DNA from: Eledone cirrhosa
Lineage: Eukaryota
Assembly: GCA_964016885.1 (NCBI GenBank)
Contig: OZ024743.1
Location: 82,522,001-82,586,000, forward strand
DNA: 64,000 nt
Direction: 5' to 3'
Notes under the pieces: generated by a model
Databases searched by the model: none
What the model saw: the letters and a program-made list of their open reading frames with translations, nothing else
Told to the model about the DNA's origin: nothing
Part shown: positions 1-11,465 of the stretch, one piece after another
Layout: each line of letters starts with the position of its first letter
How positions within the stretch are numbered: the stretch's first letter is position 1
Position numbers and translations under genes: made by a program

Positions 1-93
1 TGACTTTGCCTTTCATCCTTACGGGGTCGATAAAATAAAGTACCAGTAATGCACTGGTAAATTGCTGGCCTTGTGCCTAAACTAGAAACAATT
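1..93 (+). mobile_element. 3' part of a Meta-domain tRNA-SINE (octopus-type)
   Basis: gactttgcctttcatccttacggggtcgataaaataaagtaccag...gctggccttgtgcctaaactagaaacaatt; near-identical copies at 4756, 35342, 45003 and 51091. Confidence 0.85.
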
Positions 94-177
94 ATTTATT
101 CAAAGTAATCCAACTTATTTTACAATCGAGATAAAAAAAATATATTCTGGACGCATTCCCGCACTCCTTACTTTATT

Positions 178-215
<38 letters not shown>

Positions 216-295
216 TATATATAATATATATAAACACACACACTCATATATATATGTATATGTATTTATATGTATATAACACACATACCCACACT

Positions 296-600
296 CAACC
301 ACCACCACCACCACTACCACCACCACCACCACCATACCACCACCACCACCACCACCTCCACCACCATACCACCACCACCACCATTCCACTACCACCACAG
401 CCCCCACCACGACCACCATTACCACCACCACCACCACCATACCACCAACACCACCACACCACGACCACCACCACCACCATACCACCACCACCATACCACC
501 AACACCACCACACCACGACCACCACCACCACCACACCACCACCACCATACCACCACCACCACCACCACAACCATACCACTACCACCACCACCACCACCAC
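296..600. repeat. Degenerate (ACC)n microsatellite
   Basis: Direct reading; explains the poly-His/Thr/Pro ORFs. Confidence 0.95.
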
Positions 601-1019
601 ATGTACAAACGAAATAAATAGGAAATAAGTTAAGATTAAAAGCTGAAAGTTGCTTTAAGAGGAAAGTAAAATCGTTGCGTCGTTACGAAACGATGGAAAG
701 ACGGATTACGGAAAACGACGGAAACATGCGGATTACGGAAATCCCCGAACTTTACCGACTTTGCTAAAGCTAAAGTCGTTCGGAGATTTTCTGCGATTTT
801 CAGCTCTAAACTCTTGACATTGGTGAAGGAGGTGGCGGGGGAGATGAGTAGCGGTGGGAGGAGATTGGATGGAGGTGGGAGGAAGGGTAAACAAAATGAG
901 AGGAGATGGTGGTGGTGGGGGTGTTAACGGATGTCGGATGCAAAAAATAGCAAAGAAATAAACAATGGTGGTGTATCGGGTGTGTTGGGATGGCGGGGAG
1001 GTAAAGAGGTTTGAGTGTC

Positions 1020-1710
1020 GTTTGTTGCTATGGTGATTGTAGTGGTAGTGGTGCTGATAGTGGTGGTGGTGGTTTTGGTTGGGGTGGTAGTGTTGGTGGT
1101 GCTAGTGAGTTGTGTGGTGGTCGTGAGTGTAGTGGTGGTGGTGGTGCTGCTGGTGGTAGTGAGTGTAGTGGTGGTCGTGGTAGTGCCAGTGCTAGTGAGT
1201 ATAGTGTGAGTGGTGAGTGTAGTGTTGTTGGTGGTTGTGTTGGTGGTGCTAGTGAGTAGTGTGGTGGTGGTTGTATTGGTGGTAGTAGTGTTACTGTTAG
1301 TTGTAGTAGTTGTGTTGGTTGTGGTAGTTGTGGTGGTGGTAGTGTTAGTGGTAGTTGTGGTAGTTTTAGTGGTGGTAGTGTTAGTGGTAGTTGTGGTAGT
1401 TGTGGTGGTGGTAGTGTTAGTTGTAGTTGTAGTAGTTGTGGTGGTGGTAGTGTTAGTGGAAGTTGTGGTAGTTGTGGTGGTGGTAGTGTTAGTGGAAGTT
1501 GTGGTAGTTGTGGTGGTGGTAAGTGTTAGGGGTAGTTGTGGTAGTTGTGGTGGTGGTAGTGTTAGGGGTAGTTGTGGTAGTTGTGGTGGTGGTAGTGTTA
1601 GTGGTAGTTGTGGTAGTTGTGGCGGTGGTAGTGTTAGGGGTAGTTGTGGTGGTGGTAGTGTTAGTGGTAGTTGTGGTAGTTGTGGTGGTGGTAGTGTTAG
1701 TGGTAGTGCT
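1020..1710. repeat. Degenerate (GTG/GTA)n array with higher-order gtagtgttagtggtagttgtg units
   Basis: Direct reading. Confidence 0.9.
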
Positions 1711-2032
1711 AACAATTTATATGTTTTACTATTTAATCAGGGCTGGAATGCCGTGCCCCACAGATTGGTGGGGAGGGGCAGATGTCCTTAAACCAAGTCT
1801 GAAGCAGCAATGGACACCACTGGAGATACCCAAGGGCCTGTGGGGGTGGGGTAAATTGAGGGAAGGAGTAAGGTAACCACCCAAAGAGGCGACAGACGAA
1901 TTTGAACTCAGAACACAAAATATCGGATCTCTACCAATCACACTAATTGTGATTGATTTTATCGATCTCCTTGCGTGAAACTACTAAGTTACTGGACACA
2001 AACAAACAGTAGGCGTATATAGACATACACAA

Positions 2033-2098
<66 letters not shown>

Positions 2099-2199
2099 TT
2101 ATATATACATGTGGGGGTGAGGTATAAGTATATAGATATATAGATAGATAGATACATAGGTGTATATATATATATATACATATATACATATACACACAT

Positions 2200-2248
<49 letters not shown>

Positions 2249-2274
2249 TGTATATGTGTTTATATATATCAACA

Positions 2275-2410
2275 AAATTTCATTTACGAGGCATTTGTCA
2301 ATCCTAGGCTATAGTAAAAGACATTTGGCCAAGGTTCCACACAGTTGGACTGAACACGACACCAGGTCGTTACCAAGTGAACTCCTTCACCACACAACCA
2401 TGCCTGCGAT
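2275..2410 (-). mobile_element. Diverged tRNA-derived CORE-type SINE
   Basis: Reverse complement reads gcaggcatggttgtgtggtgaaggagttcac...gttcagtccaactgtgtggaaccttggccaaatgtcttttactatagcc (tRNA head plus CORE-like box). Confidence 0.75.
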
Positions 2411-3078
2411 ATGTCCAATACATTAGGACATTTCCTCTCGTTGTTTCCCCAACTCCCACTCCCCACCACACCACACATACCCCCCCCCCCATCACCACCA
2501 CCACCACCACCACCACACCCAACAACCTAACAATCTTTAATCAAATAACATTCAATGGAAAAAAAACAATAAAACTAAAACTAAAACTGCCAGAAATATT
2601 GGCTTGTTTGAAACATGAGCAATTTTGAAGTCTCCGGAACTACAGTTTCTCAAATTGCCTTGAAGTAACTGTGGGGGGGGGGGGGTGAAACAGTGGGCGT
2701 GGCCCATTCCTTGATGACAACGACCAACAGTGATATTCTTTCGTGCATATAACAAAGCTGGATGCTGAAAAGAAAAGGACGCATTTAAGAGAATACCCTT
2801 TCATCAGACACACTCTCTCTCTCTCTCACTCCACACACAAAAAAGTCCTCATTCATTTTCCATCTTGTCAAATGCCTTGCGGCACGGCACATGGTAGCAA
2901 TATAGCTCCCCAAGCCGCCGCTCTCTGTGACATAATGTGTGTTTACTGGGGGAGAGGCATTTAGGTACCGGGAAGGGGTGCTAGCTTCACTCACACTGTC
3001 CTTCCCAGGAAGAAACCGTTCCCCTTCCATGCTTTTACCCCATACACGTCTTTGTCTCTCAGGCTATCCATCTCTCTC

Positions 3079-3157
<79 letters not shown>

Positions 3158-3197
3158 CACACATATGTGTGTATGATTTTCCCGAAGAAAAAGGTGG

Positions 3198-3235
3198 CTG
3201 TGACTTCGAAGTTTCAGTGCTGCCTCTTCAGATTT
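3198..3235 (-). ncRNA. Minimal hammerhead-like motif in a PLE-type terminus
   Basis: Minus strand CTGAAGA-GGCAGCACT-GAAAC-TTCGAA-GTC; palindromic stem III ACTTCGAAGT and GUC triplet; stem I not convincingly paired. Confidence 0.5.
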
Positions 3236-3313
3236 CAGGCAGTTTCGAGTAATGAAACATATTCTGCTCACATGTATTGAGTTCTTATTTCGTCAATATT
3301 TAAATGTTTTATA

Positions 3314-3344
<31 letters not shown>

Positions 3345-3584
3345 ATAAACACACACAGTGATGAGGAAGTCTGATGAAGGAGTATATACAAGACACATAA
3401 GTATTCAAGAAGAAACTAATAAGCTGTCACGTGGGGAAACCTGGTTCTCGCGAGTATTGACGAAAATTCGTTAACTCACTAATAAATCTGAACTCATGAC
3501 CGGATTAATTAAATATATTTATATATACAAAATTGTGATCGTTTCTTTGTGTGCGTGTGTGCTTTAGTTTCGTTAGTATCCGTG

Positions 3585-3770
3585 TGTTCTTATTGTTTTT
3601 ACTGGTTTCAGTTATTAGAGTGCGGCCAAGTTGGGGCACCACCTTCAACGAAGTTAGTCCATTATATCTACACGTGCAATTGTACTTTTATATGTCAGGT
3701 CTGTTGCTTATTTTATCGATCTTTTTCGTTGGACCACAAAGTTAAAGGACATAAACCAACAGTAGACTTA
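3585..3770 (-). mobile_element. Old SINE 3' half with LINE-like tail
   Basis: Minus strand ggtggtgccccaacttggccgcactctaataactgaaaccagtaaaa tail. Confidence 0.6.
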
Positions 3771-3819
3771 AACTCAGATATATATTCATATGTATTTGTA
3801 TATATATATATATATATAT

Positions 3820-4122
3820 GAGCAGATATTGCAATAGCCTGGGGTTCAACGGCCTTCAACTCTTCAACAAGCTGCCGAGGGATCTGACAGATCTGCATGC
3901 TGTGGATGTGGATGTCTTCAAGAAACATCTCGACACCTTGCTATCCAGGATCCCGGATGAGGCCTCAGCAAGGAACGAGGGAAACCTAAGGGCAGCAGCA
4001 ACGAACTCCCTCTTGCACCAGTGGCCAACCAATAAAGGCTGGAGATAAAATGTGTAGCAACAAGGGCGGTGCCCCACCATGGCCTCAGCCGGATGGCTGG
4101 AACAGGTAAAAAAGTAAAAGAG

Positions 4123-4125
<3 letters not shown>
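3820..4125 (+). mobile_element. 5'-truncated LINE (CR1/L2-group-like) ORF2 C-terminus plus 3' UTR, inserted in (TA)n
   Basis: NSLGFNGLQLFNKLP..DLHAVDVDVFKKHLDTLLSRIPDE...AAATNSLLHQ resembles the FK..LD..L..PD...NSL LINE C-terminus; short tandem tail gtaaaa; TA tracts on both sides. Confidence 0.75.
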
Positions 4126-4175
<50 letters not shown>

Positions 4176-4548
4176 GGGCCTAATAATAGATTGTATATTT
4201 ACATCCCTGTGTTTGTTTTGTTTCATTTATCACTTATATATATATAGATAAATATATATGTGTGTGTGTGTGTGTGTGTGATACTACTATGTTTAGTATA
4301 TCTCGCTATCAGATACTCTGTTCCGTTGTATACAACACACCTACTAACTAGGAAACAAATGATGTGTTTCTAATAAACAGTAATATTTACTTTAATGAAA
4401 CCTAACTTTATTTAGGTCAGAAATCCTCACTAAAACACGCACACACACACATATGTATATATGTATATATATATATATATATATATAAATATATTTATGT
4501 GTGTGTGTGTGTGTATATATGTATATATATATATGAATATATGTATAT

Positions 4549-4595
<47 letters not shown>

Positions 4596-4599
4596 TATG

Positions 4600-4755
4600 A
4601 GTTTCAGAAGATCCCGTTAAGGGTGAAAGCAGTGATTCTTTGCTTAAACTTCAATCTGTTATTTTAATAAATATTTGCTCTAGGGTTCTTATATATTTGA
4701 TATATATTTATCCTTATCGAGCCCTCTTTGGATTTTAGTCTTCACATTTATTATT
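4600..4755 (+). mobile_element. PLE-type terminal module, family Y copy 1 (hammerhead-like head)
   Basis: cagaaga-t-ccc-gttaa-ggg-t-gaaa head; homologous to 5549-5720 and 6462-6655. Confidence 0.6.
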
Positions 4756-4930
4756 GGATTGGTAGTATCAGTAGAGGGTCGGACACGCTTTCCAGCATAG
4801 TTACGTCCCTTTACGATCTGAGTTCAAATCCCGCCGAGGTTAACTTTGCCTTTCATCCTTACGGGGTCGATAAAATAAAGTACCAGTAATGTACTGGTTA
4901 ATTACTGGCATTGTGCCTAAAGTAGAAATA
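4756..4930 (+). mobile_element. Near full-length Meta-domain tRNA-SINE
   Basis: A-box-like ggattggtagtatcagtagag, B-box gagttcaaatccc, Meta core, tail agtagaaataa. Confidence 0.85.
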
Positions 4931-4958
4931 ATAATTATTATTATATATATAAGTCAAG

Positions 4959-5002
<44 letters not shown>

Positions 5003-5475
5003 ACTACCATTTCTACTACTACTACTACTACTATTTTTATTAGAAGGGGAAAGGGTGATGATTATGATGTTGATAATGAGGGGGAGAAGGTACAGGAAGT
5101 AAGGGATGTGGAGTGGGAGGAGACTAGAGGAAGGTTCGAAGATAATGAAGAACGAGACCCCTTAAGTTGTAGAAAAATAATGAAGTTATGAAGAGAGAGA
5201 GAGAGAGAGAGATGAATTGTGGGCGTCAATAGAAGGATTAAAGACGGGAACAATTGTGATTAGAAGATTATTGAGATTGTATGTCAGATAATAATCTCCC
5301 TATACTAATTGGTTTCAGTCATTTACACACATATACACACCTATATATATATATAGGTGTGTGTGTGTGTGCATATATATATTTGTGTGTGTGTATATAT
5401 ATGTATATATGGATATATATATATTTGTGTGTGTGTATATATATATATATATAAATATATGGATATATATATATT

Positions 5476-5548
<73 letters not shown>

Positions 5549-5550
<2 letters not shown>

Positions 5551-5713
5551 ATAATAATAAAATTGAAGGCTAAAATCCAAAGAGGGCTCGATAAGGAAAA
5601 TATATATCAAATATATAAGAACCGTAGAGCAAATATTTATTAAAATAGTTTCAGAAGATCCCGTTAAGGGTGAAAGCAGCGATTCTTTGCTTAAACTTTA
5701 ATCTGTTATTTTA

Positions 5714-5720
<7 letters not shown>
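5549..5720. mobile_element. Family Y copy 2 (inverted tail joined to sense head) in (TA)n
   Basis: 5549-5648 is the reverse complement of 4658-4755; 5649-5720 matches 4601-4672. Confidence 0.7.
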
Positions 5721-5744
<24 letters not shown>

Positions 5745-5868
5745 CAAAATTAAATGAAGAGTTGTCATGTCTGAGAGACATGCGGCATATCCACTGTAGA
5801 ATAAGTTCAAATATTCCAATAAATAGATCCATGTATTTATTTTATATATGTCAATTTATTTCTAGTTG

Positions 5869-5943
<75 letters not shown>

Positions 5944-6017
5944 GTGTATTGAGTTCAAAACTCAAGCATTCCTTTACAATGAAATAGCTTTACAATGAAT
6001 ATTTCTGAGCCGTATAA

Positions 6018-6153
6018 TACAAGTAAATATAAATTAATATATATGATGAAACACAAATACCAACATATCTGTGTTTATATTGTATTCTTTTACAATATAA
6101 ACACAGATATGTTGGTATTTGTGTTTCATCATATATATTAATTTATATTTACT

Positions 6154-6157
<4 letters not shown>
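6018..6157. repeat. Perfect 67-bp-arm inverted repeat within a TA-flanked module (5941-6160)
   Basis: Arms 6018-6084 and 6091-6157, loop ttcttt; the 5' part resembles 40590-40680. Confidence 0.9.
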
Positions 6158-6188
<31 letters not shown>

Positions 6189-6191
<3 letters not shown>

Positions 6192-6338
6192 TCCACGAAG
6201 GTGGAGTTCCGATTTTAGGAATACGATTGGGACTACATGAATGAGGAAAGCACGATCTAGAGAGGAATGGACAGCGTGCTGTGACCAGCGGCGCCGAATG
6301 ATCGCCCGATAGACTGGTCTGTCAAGGTGAATAGGTGA
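6189..6338 (+). mobile_element. RTE-clade LINE 3' end in (TA)n
   Basis: Translates PPRRWSSDFRNTIGTT*MRKARSREEW (RTE-like RP..RW.D....W...A..R..W); tandem tail aggtgaataggtga. Confidence 0.65.
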
Positions 6339-6461
6339 TATATATATATATATACCACTCCACACTCTCAAGCGTGAATCTAATACCAACACTGTTCGTA
6401 ACTGCACTCTTTGTTATTGTTTTTGGTTTTTACTTTGCCATATATATATATGGATATATAG

Positions 6462-6655
6462 TAATAATAATAAATTTGAAGACTAAAATCCAAAGAGGGC
6501 TCGATAAGGATAAATATATATCAAATATATAAGAACCGTAGAGCAAATATTTATTAAAATAACAGATTGAAGTTTAAGCAAAGAATCGCTGCTTTCACCC
6601 GTTTAGAGTGAAAGCAGCGATTCTTTGCTTAAACTTTAATCTGTTATTTTAATAA
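6462..6655. mobile_element. Family Y copy 3, fold-back palindrome
   Basis: Arms 6551-6600 and 6606-6655 turn at ccc-gttta-gag, the stem II of the head seen in copy 1. Confidence 0.75.
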
Positions 6656-6693
6656 TTAATATATATGGATATATATATATGTATATATGTATT

Positions 6694-6739
<46 letters not shown>

Positions 6740-6819
6740 CACACGCAAAAAAGTAAACGGTAACAAAGCAAACAACGCAGTACAATGAAGAAATATTTAT
6801 TTAACGCTTGCTATATGTA

Positions 6820-6907
<88 letters not shown>

Positions 6908-7006
6908 TGAAAACATGACTGTGCTTCAAATTTATTGTTTTTTTATATTTCCATATTTGTTCTTTACTCTTAATTTGGGACAATAGCCTCACTGAATGAA
7001 TGTGCA

Positions 7007-7047
7007 TATTAACGTTTCGAGGACTTCACAGCCCCATCTTCAGAATA
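7007..7047 (-). ncRNA. Minimal type-I hammerhead ribozyme (PLE-type)
   Basis: tatt-CTGAAGA-T-GGGGCTGTGAAGTCCTC-GAAAC-GTT-aata: intact core, hairpin stem II, palindromic AACGTT stem III, 4-bp stem I; followed by an AATAAA-containing tail ending in (TA)n at about 6903. Confidence 0.75.
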
Positions 7048-7202
7048 GTCTTACTAATGTCGTATTGATCACGTGATTAGGCGCCTAACTAAACAGTTTT
7101 CACCTGTTAAAGCTTGCCAGTTTTATGTTTCACATATGTCGTGTGTACCCACACCAACACACCTTGTGTATCAGTATTGAATAATTTCTCCAGGACACAA
7201 GG

Positions 7203-7237
<35 letters not shown>

Positions 7238-7265
7238 CACAACTAAGGCTAAATAGTGAGTTTTT

Positions 7266-7380
7266 TTACTCTGCAGTTTCACCTGATTATAAATAGGCGA
7301 AACTCCAGAGTAACAACACTTAATAAAATTATTATTAAAACTTCACATCGGTATTGAGTACTCTTTTCTCTCTGCCGTCA
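7266..7380 (+). mobile_element. PLE-type terminus with short fold-back
   Basis: Arms 7266-7284 and 7295-7313 (17/19) include GAAACTCCAGAGTA; then AATAAA and GTATTGAGTAC. Confidence 0.55.
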
Positions 7381-7392
7381 CACACACACACG

Positions 7393-7424
<32 letters not shown>

Positions 7425-8071
7425 GATATATATATGTATACTCCTGTAGAAGCCATTTCTATATATACATGCGTGACTATGTGTGTGTTTATAGTATATA
7501 GAGAGAGGAGTGAGATTGTGTACGTGTGTATGTGTATGCCAGTGTGTGTAGACATACGTCTGTAGATGGCGCTGTAGTTTACAGGCTGTAAATGTCAAGC
7601 AGATATATAAAATGAAGAAGTTAGAACCGTTTTTCAGTAAAGCTTGTTGTAAGTAACGTTGATCTTTTGTCTGTGGAATCCATCTGTAATCCTTGGTTGG
7701 CTGGATGGTTGTGTGGTGAGGTGGTTGGATGGATGGATGGCTGTGTTTCCCCAGTGGTGTTGTAACTGTCAACTCCGGCCAAACGGAAAAAAATGGCTGA
7801 GTCTGTAAGCCAGGCGGTGGAAAATCTACAAGGAACAAATCTGTTAGGTATAAAACGATCGTTAATGCAGCAGAGAATGGATAACACAGTAATGAGGGGG
7901 CGGTGTGGGCGGTGTGAAGAGAGACAGAGTATATATATATAAACATATATATAGATAGAGAGACAGGGAGAGAGTAAACTGAAGAGGTAAAGGAAGAACA
8001 CCGTGGATGAGATAGCGGTTTGTATGTATATATCCAAGCCGCGGTCGGGATTTTACCCCCCCCCCCATCTC

Positions 8072-8162
<91 letters not shown>

Positions 8163-8203
8163 ATATATATATATATTCTCTTACATTTCTAAACAATATA
8201 TAT

Positions 8204-8450
8204 ATATATATTGTTTAGAAATGTAAGAGAAACACAAACATGAGGACAATTTCTACTCTTCGGTTGTCTGCTGGGGGTCACTGATGTTTCGACGCATCAA
8301 AGACAGTACATCTCACCACAGTGCGTTAATAACTACGACGTGCCTTTAATTGGGAAGAAAACAACAACAAAAATTAACGGAGACGAATGCGAAGAGATCG
8401 ACAGAAAACAAATAAACAGAAGAAAAACAAAACAGGATAAAAACATACCG
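8204..8450 (-). mobile_element. PLE-type terminal module, family Z, diverged copy
   Basis: Homologous to 8933-9160; 21-bp inverted copy of its end at 8176-8196 across a TA tract. Confidence 0.65.
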
Positions 8451-8932
8451 TTAGAGAGAGGAAAACACGAGACAGTATTACATGTAAGTTGCAATGACCA
8501 ATGGGAGAGAGAGAGGGGAAGTTAAAAAGGAGACCGGGTATGAGCCCTGAATCCGTATTAATAGCACGAGAGAGTGTGGAGAGAAACAAGCCTGATCTGA
8601 GCGAGAACAGGCGGAAAGAGGGAGAGAGGAAGGAAAACGGAAGTGAGAGGGGGGAGTGGTAAGAGGGCAGAGAGAGGGGTAGAAAGGAGATGGATGGTAG
8701 GGGAGAAAGAGAATAAGTGAGTGGGGGAGAGAGAGAGAGAGAGACGGAATAAGTAAGTAGGAGACAGAGAGAAAGGGAGAGGGAGAAGAAGGAAGGAAAA
8801 AAGATAATCCAAAATGGTAGGATTTAAGTCCCAAACCAAAATTAACAACAAGCGAGATAGAGAGAGTAGAACGAAGGTGAAAGCAATAAATTAATATGTA
8901 TTAAAGTGACAAAAGCGCTGTGTGGTTACTAA

Positions 8933-9245
8933 TATATTGTTTAGAAAATGTAAAAGGAAAACTAACATGTGGACAATTCCCGCTCTTCGGCTGTCTGCTG
9001 TGGGTCACTGATGATTCGATCCATTTAAGACAGTACATATCACCACGATGCGTTAATAACTACGAGGTGTAGTTATTAGGGGAAAAAACAAAAAAAAACA
9101 GAGACGATAACGAAGTGAAAGACAGAAAAGTTAAACAGAAATAACAAAGCAAACGTAACAGTGCATTGAAGAAATATATTAGTTTAACGCTTGAAATAGT
9201 AAAAAAAAGTCTTAACGTTTCGGAAACTAGTCCTTCATCTTAGTT
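8933..9245 (-). mobile_element. PLE-type terminal module, family Z, with decayed hammerhead at 9211-9243
   Basis: Minus strand aagatga-aggactagtttcc-gaaacgtt; same family as the intact core at 63684-63716; fragments at 6745-6812 and 27440-27500. Confidence 0.65.
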
Positions 9246-9429
9246 TCATAGGATTAAGTGACTGAAAGTGCCGCTAGTCAGTCCCACGGTTCACCTCTAG
9301 CTGTTTCCTTAACACTCAACCGGGTACCTTTAAGTTAACTCATAAGTATCACTGTATGAGTTTTTCCTTGGAGTTTTTCTTGGAATGAAACTATCAAATT
9401 AGCTGGGTTGGTTTTAATTGTTCATTATA

Positions 9430-9750
9430 TATTGTTTAGTGAATGGTTTATACCTCAGGGCTGTAGTCGTGAGTTCGACTCCCGGCATTACATTGTGTTC
9501 TTGAGCAAGACACTTTACTTCAGGTTATTCTAGTCTACTCAGATGGCAAAAATAAGCTCTACCTGTAATTCAAATGGCCAGTCTTGTCACACACCCTGAT
9601 CCACTGAATCTTCCTGAAAATTATTCTAATAGTGCACGTATCTGTGGCTTGGCTTTCTCCGGCCAGTTACATGTTAATTTCACGAGCAGACTGTCCCGTT
9701 GTTCAAACAACTGGAACACTCATCGTCGAATGCGACGGAAGTCCAACATG
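9430..9750 (+). mobile_element. tRNA-derived CORE-type SINE
   Basis: gagttcgactccc B-box; ttgtgttcttgagcaagacacttt CORE-like box; tail related to 15900-16020. Confidence 0.75.
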
Positions 9751-10930
9751 AGAGATAAGGAGAGAACAGCAGTGCCCAGAGGGATTTTCAGGGCCTCTAA
9801 GACTGGCTCGGAGAAAAGAAGGTATACTCAAACCGGATACCAGGCTTAAATGTTTGGGGACCAGGTGGTGGTATTAGAATGGGTGACAGATTAAATTTAC
9901 CACCCAAGTAGGCTATTGCTGGATGTAAAGAGCCGGAACAAATACTGTAAGGCACCTTATGCAACGCTCTAACAATTCTGCCAATCTTCCTAGACTGAGT
10001 CTGATAAGATCTTCCCAGGTTTGGAGTAAGAATCTTAAGTGTTAACTTGGGAGTCCTCCCTTATTCTATGCGCAAAACATGAAATCCTATCTACATTTTC
10101 TTTAGAATTAATTTTTTTTAATGAGATTTTGTTTTTAATTAAGAAATTCAGATAAAAAAGAAATTACTTCTCCAATATAGAGATGTTTTCTGTAAGAATC
10201 TTTTTGATAAGAACTTATTAGTTAGATTACGGTGGAGTTCTAAAGATTATTTGCAAAAATAAGGATTAATTACCTCCGCAGTTCTCTCGGAAATGTTTGA
10301 AAAAAAAGTTGTTAATAAAAAAAAGAACCTTTGAAAGAAGTTTTGAGCCTCTCAAAAAGTTTAAAAGAATTCTTTTAGAGAAAGTGGAAGGCTTTTTTTT
10401 TTTTTTTTTTCACGTGTTTCAAAGGATTATAAAGGATTCGAGTGAATTATAAGGAGGTGGTTCGAGAGAGTTTTGGAAAAAAGGGTGTAAGTAAAGAATA
10501 TTTTTTTTAATAAATAGCTTCAAAGAATTATAGAAAAAAAACTATTAATATGTATTGGAGAAAGAGTTGCAGAAATGTTAGGGAAATAACTAAAATACTG
10601 TTCAGGGAATTATTTCTGAATTAACTTTGAGAAAGAGAAACAGACTAAGACGGAAACTTGAAAAAGAAGATTTTGCTTGAATTATTTTTCATAAAATAGA
10701 AACTAGAAAGATTTATGATGTAGAATGTTGAGTGTGTGTGTGGGGTCGTCATAAATGTTCCAAAGTAGGTTGTTGTTTTTTTAACGATAAAGAAAGGGTA
10801 TTTTGGCAGCAGCAATGATATTTCAAGAGTCTTGGAGAGTTAGTGGCAGGAAAAGAGGAACAACTTGATATCCCAGGTTATATTCCTGGTCCGAATTTTT
10901 GCAAGAGTGGACTCTACTAAAAAACATTAG

Positions 10931-11004
<74 letters not shown>

Positions 11005-11320
11005 GGTGGTGGTGGTGGTGAGTGACATTAAATCTACCACCCAAGAAAATGTATAGACCAAACAATAAGCTTCTACACAGTTTCCGTTTACCAAAATTCT
11101 CTCAAAAGATGCTTCAACTGCACGGCTATTTTAAGATTCCTCACTGTCCAAGTGTTGGTAACAAAGTGGCATGTAAACTATAATTTTCAAATAATTTGGA
11201 AAATATGAAAAATTTTGAAAGATTTAGAGATATAACTAATTTTCTAATGAATAAGCTGGTTTAGAACATAAAGAATTCTACATAGAATTATAACGAGAGA
11301 TTTTTAAATATAAACATTTT

Positions 11321-11465
11321 AGGCGGCGAATTGGCAGAGTCGTTAGAACGTCGGATAGAATGTTTTGTTGTATTTATTTCGGCTCTCTGCTGTCTGAATC
11401 CAAATCTTGCCGAGATCAACTTTGCCTCTCATCTATTTGAGGTTGATAAAAGAACGTACTGGGCG
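11321..11465 (+). mobile_element. Older Meta-domain SINE
   Basis: aggcggcgaattggcagagtcgttagaacg head; aactttgcctctcatc...gttgataaaa core. Confidence 0.7.

Noticed and set aside
640-806. Possible TIR pair agctgaaagttgc / gcgattttcagct
   Set aside because: Only 11/13 match, no TSD, no second copy in the window
3371-3430. Hammerhead at ctgatga...gaaac...gctgtca
   Set aside because: Stems II and III are too disrupted to call, though it may be a decayed member of the system
10823-10920. Possible minus-strand terminal exon after a ttttttag acceptor
   Set aside because: Short unrecognisable frames; no supporting context
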